Counted from the whole stretch's first letter, positions 11,269 to 24,243 are shown. The stretch is DNA of 63,789 nucleotides, filler included, from Trichosphaerium sp. ATCC 40318 (GCA_038496445.1; 3 parts of 3 records of this genome joined end to end with filler, not necessarily neighbours in it), one strand, 5' to 3'. Notes: generated by a model from the letters alone, not told the origin. Made by a program: numbers and translations.

Positions 11269-13955
11269 TTAGATGGCTCTTTCGCTACAGTAGTAGAGAG
11301 CAATGATAAAGGTGTAAATTTGAAGAATAACGAAAGGTGTGCCAAGTGCAGCGCCACTTGATGATCCTTGTGGTGCTGATGGAGCAATACTAGTGGGTAC
11401 TGTGGGGACCGTGGGCGCTGTTGTTGTGGGAAGAATAGGTGCCGTGGGTGCTGTTGTTGTGGGAGGAACGGGTGCTGTTGGCGGCTCAGTAGTAGTAGGT
11501 ACTGTGGGGACCGTGGGTGCTGTTGTTGTGGGAAGCATAGGTGCCGTGGGTGCCTCTGTAGTAGGTACAACCTGCCATGCTGGGCATGTTGGTGATGTTG
11601 TAGCGCTCATACAATCTGGTGTTTCGAACACTAATATAATACAATGTTAGAGGCTTTACCTTATTGTTAGACCTTCTTACCTTCAAATTCTACATATCCA
11701 ACAGACACAGTATCATTCGCTGTCTCAGACTCCGTCATGTTACCAATGTTAAGGTATGCAATGTAACCCTATAAGGAATGTTAAAAGAAAACAATAAATG
11801 AAGTTGCAAACCATTCTAGCGCAATCTTCCATTGTGTACTCCAGTGAGCCATTAACACTTGGCAAGGCAAACTTGTCTTTAACAGAGCATATTAGCAAGT
11901 GGCTGAGACACTATCCGTTATGGAATGGATGTACCTATCCAAGCAAGGAACTCGCCGGTACCATCTGCTTGCCATATACCAACCCACATGTCGGTTTCAG
12001 TGGCATTAGTCCAAGTAATTTTCTGCGTACCTCCCTACAAAAGAAAGGTCATTACTGATGACCTGTCTTCATCATGCGTACCTGACAGATTGTCTCATTG
12101 CTGACTTGGATAGTATAATTATTTACTAAAAAACTAGACATGACAGTTTGTACTGAAAGCGCGCTTCGTTTCTCCATGCCCATTTTAGCATCGCCTTGTT
12201 TTTGGCGAATGAGGTCTTGACACATTGGAACAGTATCATTCCTATGTAGCATATCATGTACACTACGGCCCAGGCGTGTCATTGCACGCTTCAAGAATCC
12301 TTGTGAAGTCCCGTATACTATGTGGTTCTCGGCGAATCTCGCAGTATGTATACCCCAGCTACCACGGTTAAAACTACAAGCATCTCCTGTTTCCTTCATG
12401 AAATTGATTTGCCAGTTTAATGCACCTGTGTTGGTGGTAACACCAGCATAAGAATGCTTCCATTGGTTCTTGTAATGCCACATGTGATAAGATTCGATAG
12501 GCGGCAATAATACTTCCTGTCATCAAAAAGTCAGCTTTCCAGCACGTGAAAATAATGTGTACCTCCTTGATGCCGTGCGCTTGGGCTTTAGATAGCAATT
12601 GAGAATCCCAGTGCATATACGTGTGAATGGCTTCCTCATCAAATCCTCGAAGATCATGCCACTTTTTCTTTGACATCAGAATGAAATCTCCACTTGCAGC
12701 AAAGTACGGATCAGTAGTTTGCTCTACAAACCACATAAGCTAATTGATCGTTCACGCTAAAGTGTTGCCCTTGATCACGTGCCTTGATTGACGGAAGTAC
12801 GTTCTTCATTCCAAAATCGAGTAATCTCGTCATCCTTTCTTGCTAATGACCTAAGGTTGTTCAATATGATTAGCGATAGGTAAACCATTTTGAACCTACC
12901 AGGATTGATCAACGTCAAAAGTTTGGTGTTTTCCAAAGATACTAGTTACATCATTACTAAGTGTCTTTGCAAGTTTCGAAGGTGCGATATCCTCAGGAAC
13001 TATGTGACCAGTGTTCTGTAGACCAATGCGATAGTAAGAAGACTCTTTCATTCTTGTGATTTTAAAGTGTTAGAGTGGCGATAATAGGATCGGTTTGCTT
13101 ACTTGTCGCTAGCCAAAAAGTCCCACGCAGCGTCAGACAAGATAACATCACCATTGGTAGTTAGAACCCATTTACCTTGTGCCTAACATGGTTACAACAA
13201 TCGAAACATTCACATCCACCCTCACCCTTCTAATGCCGACATTTTTGGCTATGAACTCGTACATATCTCTGCGCTTTGAGTGGGTAAATACTGAATGGTA
13301 CGAGTGAGGCACCTGTACAAATTATTATAAGTAAGCATCTCACTAACAGCGATAACTAAATGAGGGTACCGTGATTATGTTTATGGAGGGAATGTTCTTG
13401 AGTTTTGACAATTCTAGCTCACGTGCAATGCGTTGTCTCCCTGAAGGAGGATTCCACTCTACAACAACAAGTTCTAAACTGAAAGAAATCAGCGCTGAAT
13501 AAGAGAAATGCCTCAAGAAGTCCAAAGTTGTTTCTACTTTTTCTTCGTAGAAAGTTCCAAAAAAAAAAGACTTGGAGTAGCTTCATTTCATTTACCGTAT
13601 TCCAGTCCTCTTTGTTTGATAATCTATGTTTCGAACAAAGTGCTTGAATCGATGAAAGGCATTTCCTAAAAAGATTGTTGGACACAAAAAAAGCTGCTAA
13701 CTAACTACACCTCCATAGTGGTCATTTCGTAGCGATACTACAACGCTCAAGTGCGGTCTAGCGAACTTGTTATTAAAGAATTGAAAGTGACAACAAAAGA
13801 ACAGAAGCTGTTTTGGAATGGTTTGCGTTTGTGATGCTGAAAAAACAACCACGTGTCTCATACCGGTTTATAAAGGGGAAAAGACCCATAAACACTAGCG
13901 GGCCAAGAAATCCCACTAAAAGTAAGCCTAAAGTTATTGTTTTGCTTGTCTTCAT
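11269..13955 (-). CDS. GT-A-fold (GT2-like) glycosyltransferase, apparently continuous with an Ig-like domain, Pro/Thr-rich stalk and GPI-like tail
   Basis: N-terminal signal anchor MKTSKTITLGLLLVGFLG; LSVVVSLRNDHYGG, LELVVVEWNPP, AKNVGIRR, TTNGDVIL, SGDFILMSKKKWHDLRGFDE. ORF 12052..12507 runs on into TIQVSNETICQ|GGTQKITWTN, then PTTTAPT repeats and a hydrophobic C-terminus. Confidence 0.7.
11395..11565 (-). repeat. Coding tandem repeats (PTTTAPT[A/V]P)
   Basis: Repeated gtggg(t/c)gctgttgttgtggga units. Confidence 0.85.
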
Positions 13956-14242
13956 ATTGAAGGGAAGGACTTGTTGCTACAAGTGTTTGTTCTACACAAC
14001 TACCCAAATGCGCGTTCACATTTTTTTATCATAATTTTTTTCTATTAACCCAAAACGTTTTAGTACCTTCTGTTTACCTGACAAGAAAACTGCAGAAAAA
14101 ACAAGTAGGAACAGAATGTGACGACTCCAATAGAGAACTATGTGGGTCGTCAGTACTTTTCGGTCAAACTATGTCTTGCCTTTATTATTTCGAAGAACAA
14201 TTACTTGTTCAACTTGCTCAAATTTATTTTGGGATATGATTG

Positions 14243-15258
14243 TTACTTATACCCTACAAGGTAAATAGAAGCTCTGTGACAATTGTTCGTTTGGACATCA
14301 TTGCATTGCACATGTACTTTTCTCTCTTCTGTTATTGGAAGCCAGAAATTTTCACTATCGAAGGAAATAGCATTTTGACCATACCTAGCCGCAAATTTTG
14401 GTTTGTTGTACATCTGCCCGTCATTGCCAGTAGTCCAAATATGCACCCAGAAACTTCTACTTGGTGCTTCACTACCAGTTCTTATCTGATAACCCAACTA
14501 AAATAATCAATAAAATGGTCTACTACTAAGAAATACGCTCACTTAAATTGCAAGCAACACTAGTTCAAGCAGCAGAAAAAACACGGAAAATAGTGAAACG
14601 GTAAATTGTACCAATATGCTTTTGGCGCTTCTTGGGATAGTAGCTGGCAGGTTAAAGGATAATACATCTTTGGAAGCAAAGGTGATTTCTCCAAATACAG
14701 GGATATTTTGCATTGGAGGCAACAAAGAAACAAACCTCTCATCTGTTAGTGTAGCAACCATGGTCTTCAGAGCCTCAACTTCGCGTTCCATTGTGTGTAT
14801 CTTTGTTCTCATTGAGACAAGTTCTTTTTTCTCTGCGGTGAGTGTTTGTCGCTTTAACTCAACGGGAAATGGCACACCAGGGATTTGAGCATTTAACGTA
14901 TTATTTGGTGTCGATTCGATTATAGGTATGCCGTTTAACAGATTCTCACGTAGAGCAGGCAGAATCCACCCCTTAATGCTAAGGGATCCACTAAATACAC
15001 TAGAATCTGATTCTCTTGTAGCTTCGACTTGTAGCTCGGCGGTGTTATCCTAACACGGTAAGAAGCGAGTCCAAAACAGAGCTCTTACAGTTATTATAGT
15101 AGTAGTCAACAAATAACCTTCAAGCCGTTTTGTAAACGTGGATGCAGGCTCACTCATATTAGCTGTCACTATACAATATCAATAATTTTAAAGATCAGAG
15201 TGTACAAACGGGAGGAACTACTTTGTAGGAACTCAACAGCTACCTTAACAACTGCCAT
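14243..15258 (-). CDS. Hypothetical protein: N-terminal globular region, coiled coil, C-terminal beta domain
   Basis: Exon-like ORFs 14543..14875 (coiled coil KKELVSMRTKIHTMEREVEALK) and 14243..14497. The open frame continues upstream with canonical introns to a candidate ATG at 15258. Confidence 0.55.
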
Positions 15259-15347
15259 TAAGTTTGTTTATTTTATTGACTTCTTCGAGATGAGCCAGTC
15301 TCGCTGAAAGAAATGCTTGATTGTATGTACATTTTTTGTTTATTTAT

Positions 15348-16343
15348 TTACATTACTTGGTTAGTAGAGTCTACATCCATACTATGTTGTTTTGGTGTTG
15401 ACATGTACGAAGCTGGTAAAGGATTACCTTCCATATGTACAGCCACATTTCCAGATGATAATAAAATAATGGTAATCTGTTGAAACGCTGCTTTTCTTGC
15501 TCTTGTGAGTGCTGTTTTTTTGGCTCTATTTATAACCTCTCCACGTGAATCACCAACAGCACGCCCATCTCCTACACCATTTACAGATCTTCCATCACGT
15601 AATGAGATGCATATTTTAGCTTGAAAGGTACAACAATAGTGTCCATCATCGCCTAAGAACAAAAAAAAAATCAGCAAAAAAGTTCGATTCCGCCTTTGTT
15701 TGTTCTTGCTTTGTTCGTACCGAGAGCTGGTTGTTCTGTTTTTGCCATTGCGAGAATATTTGAACACCAACCGTTGAAGCCAAGGAAATAATTCGCTACT
15801 TCAATACTACCAGTAGAGGGTTAGAGCGGTTTTGGGCAGTTTTTGTTTGATTGAAGTTTCGTACCATCTGCTTATTTTTAATCCGGCATCGAATGGTATG
15901 TACGTGATTTCACTTGATTCTTGAGGCTTGAGAGGTAATAAACGCAAAGGTGCGTTGCCGAATAAGCGAACGCCCTCTAAACTCTCTTTTGCGCGTAACG
16001 CGTGTTGTACCGCGTAGAATCGAAGTATAGCATACGTTGCCTGCCCTTAAATCGATGTCAGTTTAAAAAAACAAAATATTTTACAGGAATAGCCAACGAC
16101 ACAACAAATATCACTTAGCTACCACGTAATACTATAAAATTAACACGAACCGTTTTGTGATGGCTTTGAAAATATGTGTAAGCTGTGAATTAACCCAAAC
16201 TCTAGAAATACGTCTTCTATGGTAGAAAACAGCCAGAACTCTTCTTCTTCTGAATTAATTTGTGGCAACCCGCAAACAAACAGCCCAGCATCGTCTACTG
16301 GCTTGACAAACTTTACAATCTCACCGCCAACACCTCTTTGCAT
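15348..16343 (-). CDS. RDM1: RAD52 motif-containing protein (RRM + Rad52/22-like domain)
   Basis: RRM: LFVCGLP..VFLEFGLIHS..YAILRFY. Rad52-like: EVANYFLGFNGWCSNI..DGRSVNGVG..AKKTALTRARKAAF. Confidence 0.75.
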
Positions 16344-16611
16344 TTTGTAGTGAACTGCAGACAGAATAAGTAACCATTGATTTCAAAGCAAGTCAAAACA
16401 GTTTTTTCATCGAAGGCTGTGTGACATTTCAGGGTCAACAGCCATTTTCTCCAACCTCGTGCAAGTAAAAATAACACATGCCCTTCAACACTAATCACGT
16501 GCGAAAAGCTGGGTTATCAGAATAGATTAGGTTCAGGTGAGATACGGAAACATTACCTGAAAATACTTCTTGACGTGTCAGCCAAATCAAAATAGGAAGA
16601 AGTGACGAGCC

Positions 16612-17675
16612 ATGAGCTTACTGTTAGATCTGCCAAGTGAAATTCAAGTGCTAATATGCTCCACTAATGAGGAGGTATTTGCCAAATACCATTGCTTGTC
16701 TTTGAAGGCAGCTACCAGCACCAATTACTCAAGGTAAATTGTATTTGTTTATTATTTTAGCAATAATGTGGTTATTCAAGTTCACTTCAAAAAACAGGGG
16801 TTTGGCTGTCTTGGCATTACAACGGACAATTAAAGACTCAAATAAACATGACAGATGGCAAATACCACGGCAAGATGATGCAGTGGCACGACAATGGAAT
16901 CGTGTACAACACTGGCCTATATTTGGATGGCAAACGACAGGGAGAACATAAATTTTATGGTAAAAATGGCAAACTCGGAACGTGCTGTAGATTCGTGGAT
17001 GACAAGGAGAACGGCAAACGCGAGGAGTGGAGAAACGATCACCTTTTTCGCCTGTCACTGTACAGGGATCACAGCTTGCATGGAAGGTTTCAAGAATGGC
17101 ACGAAAATGGGCGGTTAAAAGAAAAACTCAATTACAAGGATGGTAGAAAGCATGGAGAGCGCAAAACATGGTTCAACAATGGGCAACTCAAAATGAAATC
17201 TTTTTACATTGACGGCCGGAGTGAGGGTGATTTTATCACGTGGTACAAGGACGGAACAAAGCACCGGCAGAAAAGTTTTAAAAATGACATTATAGATGGA
17301 GAGTACAAGACTTGGTTTGAAAATGGACAAGTCGACAGCCTTTGGCACTACAAGGACGGCTACATAGATGGAGAAAGCAAGGAATGGTATGAAAATGGCC
17401 AAATGTGCTATCATAACTGGTACGAGGACGGCAGATACCATGGAGAGTACAGAAAGTGGTGGAGAAATGGACAAATAGCAGAAAGTCGGTATTACAAACG
17501 ACAGCTTGCCCAAGGAGAGTTCAAAACATGGCACGAAAATGGACAAATGCACGAGCTTGGCTTTTACAAGGATGACAAGAAACATGGCGAGTACAAAAGG
17601 TGGGATAAAAACGGAATATTGATCGAACATTCCACGTACAACGAAGGCTCAAGAAGGAGTACATTCAACACCTAA
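16612..17675 (+). CDS. F-box-like + MORN-variant (YwqK-type) repeat protein
   Basis: Exon 1 MSLLLDLPSEIQVLIC. Intron 16734-16780 joins in frame to 24-aa repeats (W[YH]ENGQ..Y.DG..HGE). Confidence 0.8.
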
Positions 17676-18473
17676 AAGATCTCTAACTCTACAGGCTATG
17701 CAATAGATTAGACCATGACAGAGTATAAAAATGTGCCAATTTGTTATGCTGGCCAATATACTGTCACAGTGCGCCAACTAGGTTTTCGTCTAAAAGATTA
17801 TTCTCATTACTACCAACAGGGTGTCTATCTTCTTAACGATGTTGCTAACATTGGTGCGAATAAACCTAGTTTGAAGGCAGGTGTCAGTTTGGTTTTTTTG
17901 CATTCTTTTCTTGGAATTATCACGTGCCATATTCATCTTCCTGATAGTACTCGTGTTGCAATACAACACTATTTCTGACCATACCAAGCAACACCGTTTG
18001 AATTTGAACCATGAGCTCCCTTTACGAGGAAGATAAGTCAGGCGTTATAGCCTTCTTCAGAACCCCAATAAACTAAGCACAATTGCATTGACTACCTACC
18101 ACGATGAACAGACACAAAGTCATATTCAAACGATTTGTTCGAATTCCTTGTATCGACCTCCAAACGCATAGGAATGTGTTTTGTACACTTGCAGACTATT
18201 TGATCATTTTTGAGAATGTAGCAAACCCAATAAAGGCTCAATTTTTTACCAACTATTGGTGATGCTCCTGCTAAATTCCTTTGCTTAGCGATACTAATTA
18301 GCTCACAAATTCTCCCGCACATACGAACAAGGATTTGCTTCTCGAATTTTTGCAACAGTATCGCAACGTTTAAGTTGTAATGAAATGCAAACTTTTTTAT
18401 TTTTTTTTCAGTTTTTGTTTTCTTTTTTGTTTTGGTGACAAATTAATACAGCGTTGCTTATAGCCTTAATTAA

Positions 18474-19879
18474 CTATGCTTTTAACTGAACAAGAAGTAG
18501 TTTACGAATAGCATGAGTAACAACGTTATTGTACGTCTTGATAGTAGTACGACATTGCCTAAAAGAAAAGTTTAACAAAGTTGTAAAACGCTACAAAAAA
18601 TTGAGGTCAAGCTCCTTTGTCTTCTTTGACTGAATTACGTACCTTGTTGTTGGATTAGTCTCTACTCTTACCATACAAACAACTTGTCCATTACCGCTGT
18701 AAAATGTTCCAGCACCAACAAAATTGTGCTTATTAGGATCAACATGATTGAGAATACTAAAGCGAAGGCCAAACGTCATAACCTTAGCAATAGCCTCCAA
18801 ACCGACTTCAGGTTTAGCATTAAAGTGATCAGTGGCTTCATTAGGGGCTCCTTTAATTTGACGCCACATATTCTAAAGCAAGATAAGCCTCAAACACGTG
18901 GAACTTTAGAAAAACAAAAAAAATCAAAAATCAAAGAAATCTACAAATCAAAGTTCTTCTTTGCGAGACGTACAACAAATTGCGCTTGCGTCATGTTAAT
19001 AAGAGGTTCGATGAATTTAACAGCGGTTACTGGTAGCTTTATCTTTAAATCACGACGATGACGACCGCCAACTAGAAAACTCAAATTCAGCATTGGGTGA
19101 CTGCCAGTAAAAGGTGCATTGCATCTCAATAGTAGAAGTAATTGTGCCTAACATTATCAGTATAAAATTAAATGTCATCACTCTGTATGAATGAAGAAAA
19201 ACAGCTCAAAGCAAAACAGTTGTTTGTTTCTTTCAAACACAAACAGAAATTGTAGCGTACTTTGTCTCTTCCTTTAATTGCGCCAACAATATGGTTTGGG
19301 GCTTGTACAACGCAACTTGGAAAGGCCGGGAACATAGTGTTGACAGCTGTCAATGGTTCTTGCGTTATATTACACAATGTGAGTACCATACGTCCTACAA
19401 TGAAGTTAGTTAGGTTAAACACGCGTTAAATAGAAAAAAAGTGCTGCTGTAGGTAAAAAAATTGCTGTAGCTAACCATACAATGAGCTATATAAAATTAA
19501 ACAACGTGCAGATGGCGCAGTACGTTTAGTGTACAAAAATAGACAAAATCCAAAATCGATGCGTAGAGAAGCTATATAACGCACCTGAGTTGCCAGAGTA
19601 CTCGCTCTTTAGGCTGATGTGTAGAACATCGTCCTCGTACAAAACGCCCTCGTATAGAACGCATAACCGCTTGAATAGAAGCTCGTTATGGTCACCAATG
19701 TTGTTAACAACTGGTTTAGCTTTTTCAGCTTTAGGCACTACAAATGGATCGATAGGTTTTGAGGCAGCGACTGGCGTTGGCATTATGAGTGGTTGAGCCA
19801 CTGGTTGAGCTGCTGGAGCTGTAGTGGGAGATGGTGATGCCCCTGTGTCTAAAATGCCGAAAGGATCGTAGTTTGCCAT
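18474..19879 (-). CDS. Stand-alone AP-2 alpha-adaptin appendage (ear) protein
   Basis: FKRLCVLYEGVLYEDDVLHISLKSEY, LPVTAVKFIEP, WRQIKGAPNEA, VDPNKHNFVGAG, CMVRVETN match the alpha-adaptin C2 and C (platform) subdomains. It has its own ATG and no trunk domain. Confidence 0.8.
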
Positions 19880-20549
19880 TTGAAGCGTTCACTTATGGCT
19901 TGTTTGTACTCCAAAACGTTAATTTAATTGTATTGTATTTTTTTACTTTAGAACCTCTACGACTAGCGCTACCAAGTCTTACAATGTCTGACAATGGTTA
20001 AACGCACGACCTCATATATGTAGTGCAAACGGTAGTGGCGTTACCCCTGTTAACTATCAAAAAAGAAAACAAACCCACATACAGTGGGGAGTTGTATCCA
20101 ATGGCAGAGCAGCAGTATAAAGAATGTGGGCAGGTGCGTAACGCGTCCGTTACTTTGGTTCGGGACGAAAACAAAAATCAAAGCCCCTTTTGGCACGGAA
20201 CTGTAACCTTGCTGAGTGTATCGCTTCTCTACGAGAAAGTAGCGTTTACTGTCTTTTCTAGCAATTACGCAATTGTTTTTTATTTTACAAATTCTTTACT
20301 GTTTGACTCCTACGGCGGTTGCACGATAGCACAGCGAGCATAAAAACAAAAGATTCTGCCAAGCTTTGTCCAAAAAGGTTACTTTACTGGTAGCTCATTA
20401 CCTTTAGGGTGCTGATACCAGTGACGAAGCGCCAGAGTATACCAAGTACGTTATCTAAACCACTCATTTTGGCATTTGACGTAATTGCCACTTGTAGAAT
20501 GCTCTTACGCACCGCCAAACCATCCAGTAATCCTCCCCTAAAGTTTTCA

Positions 20550-23500
20550 ATGTCATCAGATGAAGAGGATATAAGCGACGAAGATTGGGATGATGACATG
20601 ACGTTTGAGAGCGGCGATTTCTCTCATAGGTGCGTTATCCATTTGTAGAAGATTTATTTTCTTGCGTTGCACCTCATTCCATCAATTTCTAAGTGAGTGT
20701 AGTCGCGTAGCAACTGTTGGACGTCAGGGCAGAACACCAGAGGAATTAACTTTCGCAAAAGGTTGTGATTACACTTTCTCGCGTTCTCTTAGCTAAATGT
20801 GGTGCTATTCCTTTAGGTGATATCATTTACGTCTGTCAAGTTGACCAACAAACTGGATGGTGGTGTGGAATGTTAAATAACGCAATAGGATTATTTCCTG
20901 TGAATCTCACTGCTGCTACCGGGGAGAGAGTGCGAGCTGAGGTAATATTTTTTATTGAATGTTTTTGAGTCTAACTTGTAGTTTAGTCTTCCACGTCTGA
21001 TTGGGATGATTGGACATACATTGCTGGTGAAGTGAGTGTTTCTTATTACGCACCTTTGTGTTTCTTATGGTTGCTTCTTCTAGCGTGAAAGCCAGTACAA
21101 TATCACCGCATTACCAGGTGATGAGGGATTTAAGTATGTCGCTATAGCTGACTACGAAGCTACTAAAGACAGGGAATTATCGTATGTGATATTGCAAAGA
21201 CTTTTACGAGTAGCCTTGTGGTGTAAATTAATGGTTTGTTGAAGGTTTTCAAAAGGAGACGTCTTTAGTAGTGTAGAGCAAGGAGAAAATTGGTGGATAG
21301 CCTCACTTAATGGCGAAGTAGGAGAAATACCTTCTAACTATGTTCGGTTGGTTAAACACTCGAAAGCAAGGTAAACTCTTTTTTTTTTCCTGTTCATAAG
21401 TTACTTCTTTTCTTTTCTTTGTTTCTCATGGATTGTTTAGTATTTCAAATGGTCTTAATGGTTTTGGCGATGAGACTTTCTCCCTAGGGAATGTTATCCC
21501 ACCTGCACCTTCAAGGCCAGTGTCAACAGTACCGCAAAAGATGGGTAAGAGAAAATCAGACTTATTAAGTAAAACCCTAACAATTTTCTTATATTTGTAG
21601 CAGCTCCACCTATTACTCCTAGAAGAAAAGGTAAACAAAACAATAGGAAAAAAGGACAAAACAAAACCAAGAAAGGACCTGAAAAATTACGGAATAACGT
21701 GTCAAATGTGCGTACCTTGTCAAGTCAATTTTTACAGAGATATACAACAATTTTCACTCAAATCCGCCATCTTCTGTATGAACGCGTTTTAAGAGGCGCA
21801 ACCCTTGTAAACATTTGGGAAAACGTCTCAAACTGCTAAATTCAGCACTGCCTCTGCTGAACAACCAGTTGGAGACTATTTATCTTCTCTTTGAAAAAAA
21901 TCCCTAAAAACTGATTTGTTGTTTAGAAAGGACCAAAGCCACCAAAACGTTTACACCCACCTGGTGCCCCTAAAAATAATACAAGTACAAAAGATCAAAA
22001 GAGGGATAGTGCACGAAGGAACCAAACTCTTCGCAGTGAAGGCACAAAACGTCGTAAAAAAGGAAAAAAGAATACCGCTTCAACACTTCGTGGTACTAAA
22101 AGATCATTTGGTCCTAAGAAGATGCCACGACCTGCAAAGAAGTCTATTATGCCACCTAAGAGTGGTCCTGGTGGCAAGAAGATGCCACGGTTCAACCAAC
22201 CTAATTTAAGGCGACCTAAACGGCCTGGAGCAACGAAAAAGCAAGTACAAGGCAATCTTCCAAAGAAACGATATAATCAGCCTGTACCTGCTATTCCAAA
22301 GTCTCCTAGGAAGGTCTCAAGGTTTCAGGAGCCAAGTATACATGCCACTAGTTCTATGAGGGGCAAACTGAGCCCTCGAGGGAATGACTACGGTTCACCT
22401 AGACCTAGTGGTGTAGCTGGTGGGCAGTCCTTTCATAAACTGCCTACTGGAGCAAAACATGCCAAAAAGATTAGGAACGTTGATGTTGTTTATGTTTATT
22501 GCATAGCAGACTTTACAGCATCTCAAGCAGGTGATTTAACAATCATGAAAGGTGATAAGATCATATTGTTGTCTAAAGAGAAGGATCCATGGTGGCGAGG
22601 TGAATTCAATGGTGTAGTTGGCGTATTTCCTTCAAACTTTGTTTCAACTGGCAGCTCAAGAAAGGTACGAAAATTACTGGATAGTTTTTTGGATTTTTAT
22701 TGGATGCTTTATTGTCACCTCACACATTTATCTTAGAGGAAAAAAGTATCAGTTACTAAAGCTAGAGCGTTATATGATTATACACCTAAATCTGATGACA
22801 CAGAGCTTGGGTTTAGTGAAGGTGATGTAATCAATATTTTCACAAAGCTTGAAGGCTGGTGGGAAGCAGAAATTGATGGTGTAAGAGGTTGGGTGCCTTC
22901 AAAGTTTATGGAGGATGTTACAGATGAAGAGAGTAGTACAATGTCTTCATCTGGTCTCATTCATTGTCGAGCATTTGGTGCTTACACACCAAAAAGAAAG
23001 GACGAATTAGGCATGAAACCAGGTATGTAGTTTGAAATTTTCTGCGTTTACATGCTCTTGTTGAAGTTTTCAACCCAACCACTATGAAAAATCTTTCTTT
23101 TTCTAATGGATACGGCCATACAACCATGAAAGCTCCGTGTCTCTTTCCGAACCGCGAAGATAAGCATGGTATGGCCCTGCCAGTTCTTGGGTCCGTGAGG
23201 ACCAGGGAACGTAGGGTGCTGTATTCATTTTACTTTTTTGCTTTCACACTTCAGCCTACCCACGTGGGGTAGGAGTGTAAGCACGTTTTTGCCTGTGCTC
23301 AACCTAACGATTATTTCTCAAATTTTCTTTCTCAAGGTGATGTTTTTGTTGTTTTGAATCAAAAGAAGCGATGGTGGAAAGCTAGAAATATTCAAGGACA
23401 AGTTGGTTTAATACCATCTAATCATGTTGAGATTGTTAACTGTACGACAAGGCTCACTATTTTAATCACAGATAGCTCTGTCTCTAAGCTCTGTGAATTT

Positions 23501-24243
23501 TTTTTTATGTTTTTCAAGTTTCGACTGACTTATATGTTAAGATGACCTTCTTGTAACGGATGATGGTATCAACCTTGAGAATACGCTTAACCAGACAGTT
23601 GATGATACACGAAAGACTAGACGTGTACAAGTGTTCTCTGGCTTGTTGAAAAGAAAGGATGTCAATTCCGCATTAATTGATCGTGAAACTGCTGCTGCTT
23701 TGCAGCTTCAGTCTACTGAAGATGCATTAGAAGCTGCTAAACATCAAGCTATGAATAAGACAAAGGCAGGGTGGCTTAAAAAGTACTCTGCATCACTAAT
23801 CGGGAAGCGATGGAAGCCTGTATATTGCATATTGGATGTATCACAAAACTCGATGATTTTTTACAAAAACGCTGCTTCAACCAAACCAAAACAAATTTTA
23901 TCACTAGCAGATGTCGATTCTGTTCAGCCTGATTCTCCTAGTAACGTATCAAGTAGCGTAGTGTATTCTTTCACGCTCAATTACAGTGGTACGTACTCAA
24001 GAGGAAAACAACAAAAGAAGAAAACCAGAGTCGAGAATTCCTTTCGCTTTATTTTTTTTCAGTCGAAACATAGTGTACTCACAAAGTTATCACTTAGGGA
24101 AAGCAGGTTATTTTGGTGCTGATAGCGAACTGGAACGAGATGAGTGGATGGACACTATTGACTTTTCTCTTGCGTTTAATAACGACAAGACTCTTTCAGA
24201 GTTTGGTAAACGACTAGTTGACCCTAAGAAAGGTAAAAAGTAA
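20550..24243 (+). CDS. Scaffold protein with five SH3 domains, a Pro/Lys-rich linker and a C-terminal PH domain
   Basis: SH3 signatures: ELTFAKGD..GWW..GLFP; ADYEA..NWW..GEIPSNYV; ADF..GDLTIMKGD..WW..FPSNFV; ALYDY..ELGFSEGD..GWW..WVPS; ELGMKPGD..WW..GLIPSNHV. PH: KAGWLKK..KRWK..ADSELERDEWM. Confidence 0.9.
23108..23226 (+). rRNA. 5S rRNA gene inside an intron of the SH3-PH gene
   Basis: 119 nt, GGATACGGCCATAC...GCTGTATTC. Helix I (GGAUACGGC/GCUGUAUUC), helix II (ACCAUG/CAUGGU), loop C CCGAAC, helix V (GCCCUGC/GUAGGGU) and helix IV GGUCC-GUGA-GGACC are all present. It is followed by T4/T6 Pol III terminators. Confidence 0.93.

Larger units (their letters stand above)
18365..23844. repeat. Left (contiguous) arm of inverted duplication 2
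   Basis: Mirrored ORFs with coordinate sums 48444-48448; spacer 23845-24599. Confidence 0.97.

Noticed and set aside
16848-17675. YwqK-type repeats as a toxin-antitoxin system
   Set aside because: No neighbouring toxin gene; the repeats are in spliced eukaryotic genes.
20023-20343. 106-aa ORF between the divergent ear and SH3 genes
   Set aside because: GTG start, no motif, and it lies in a probable bidirectional promoter region.
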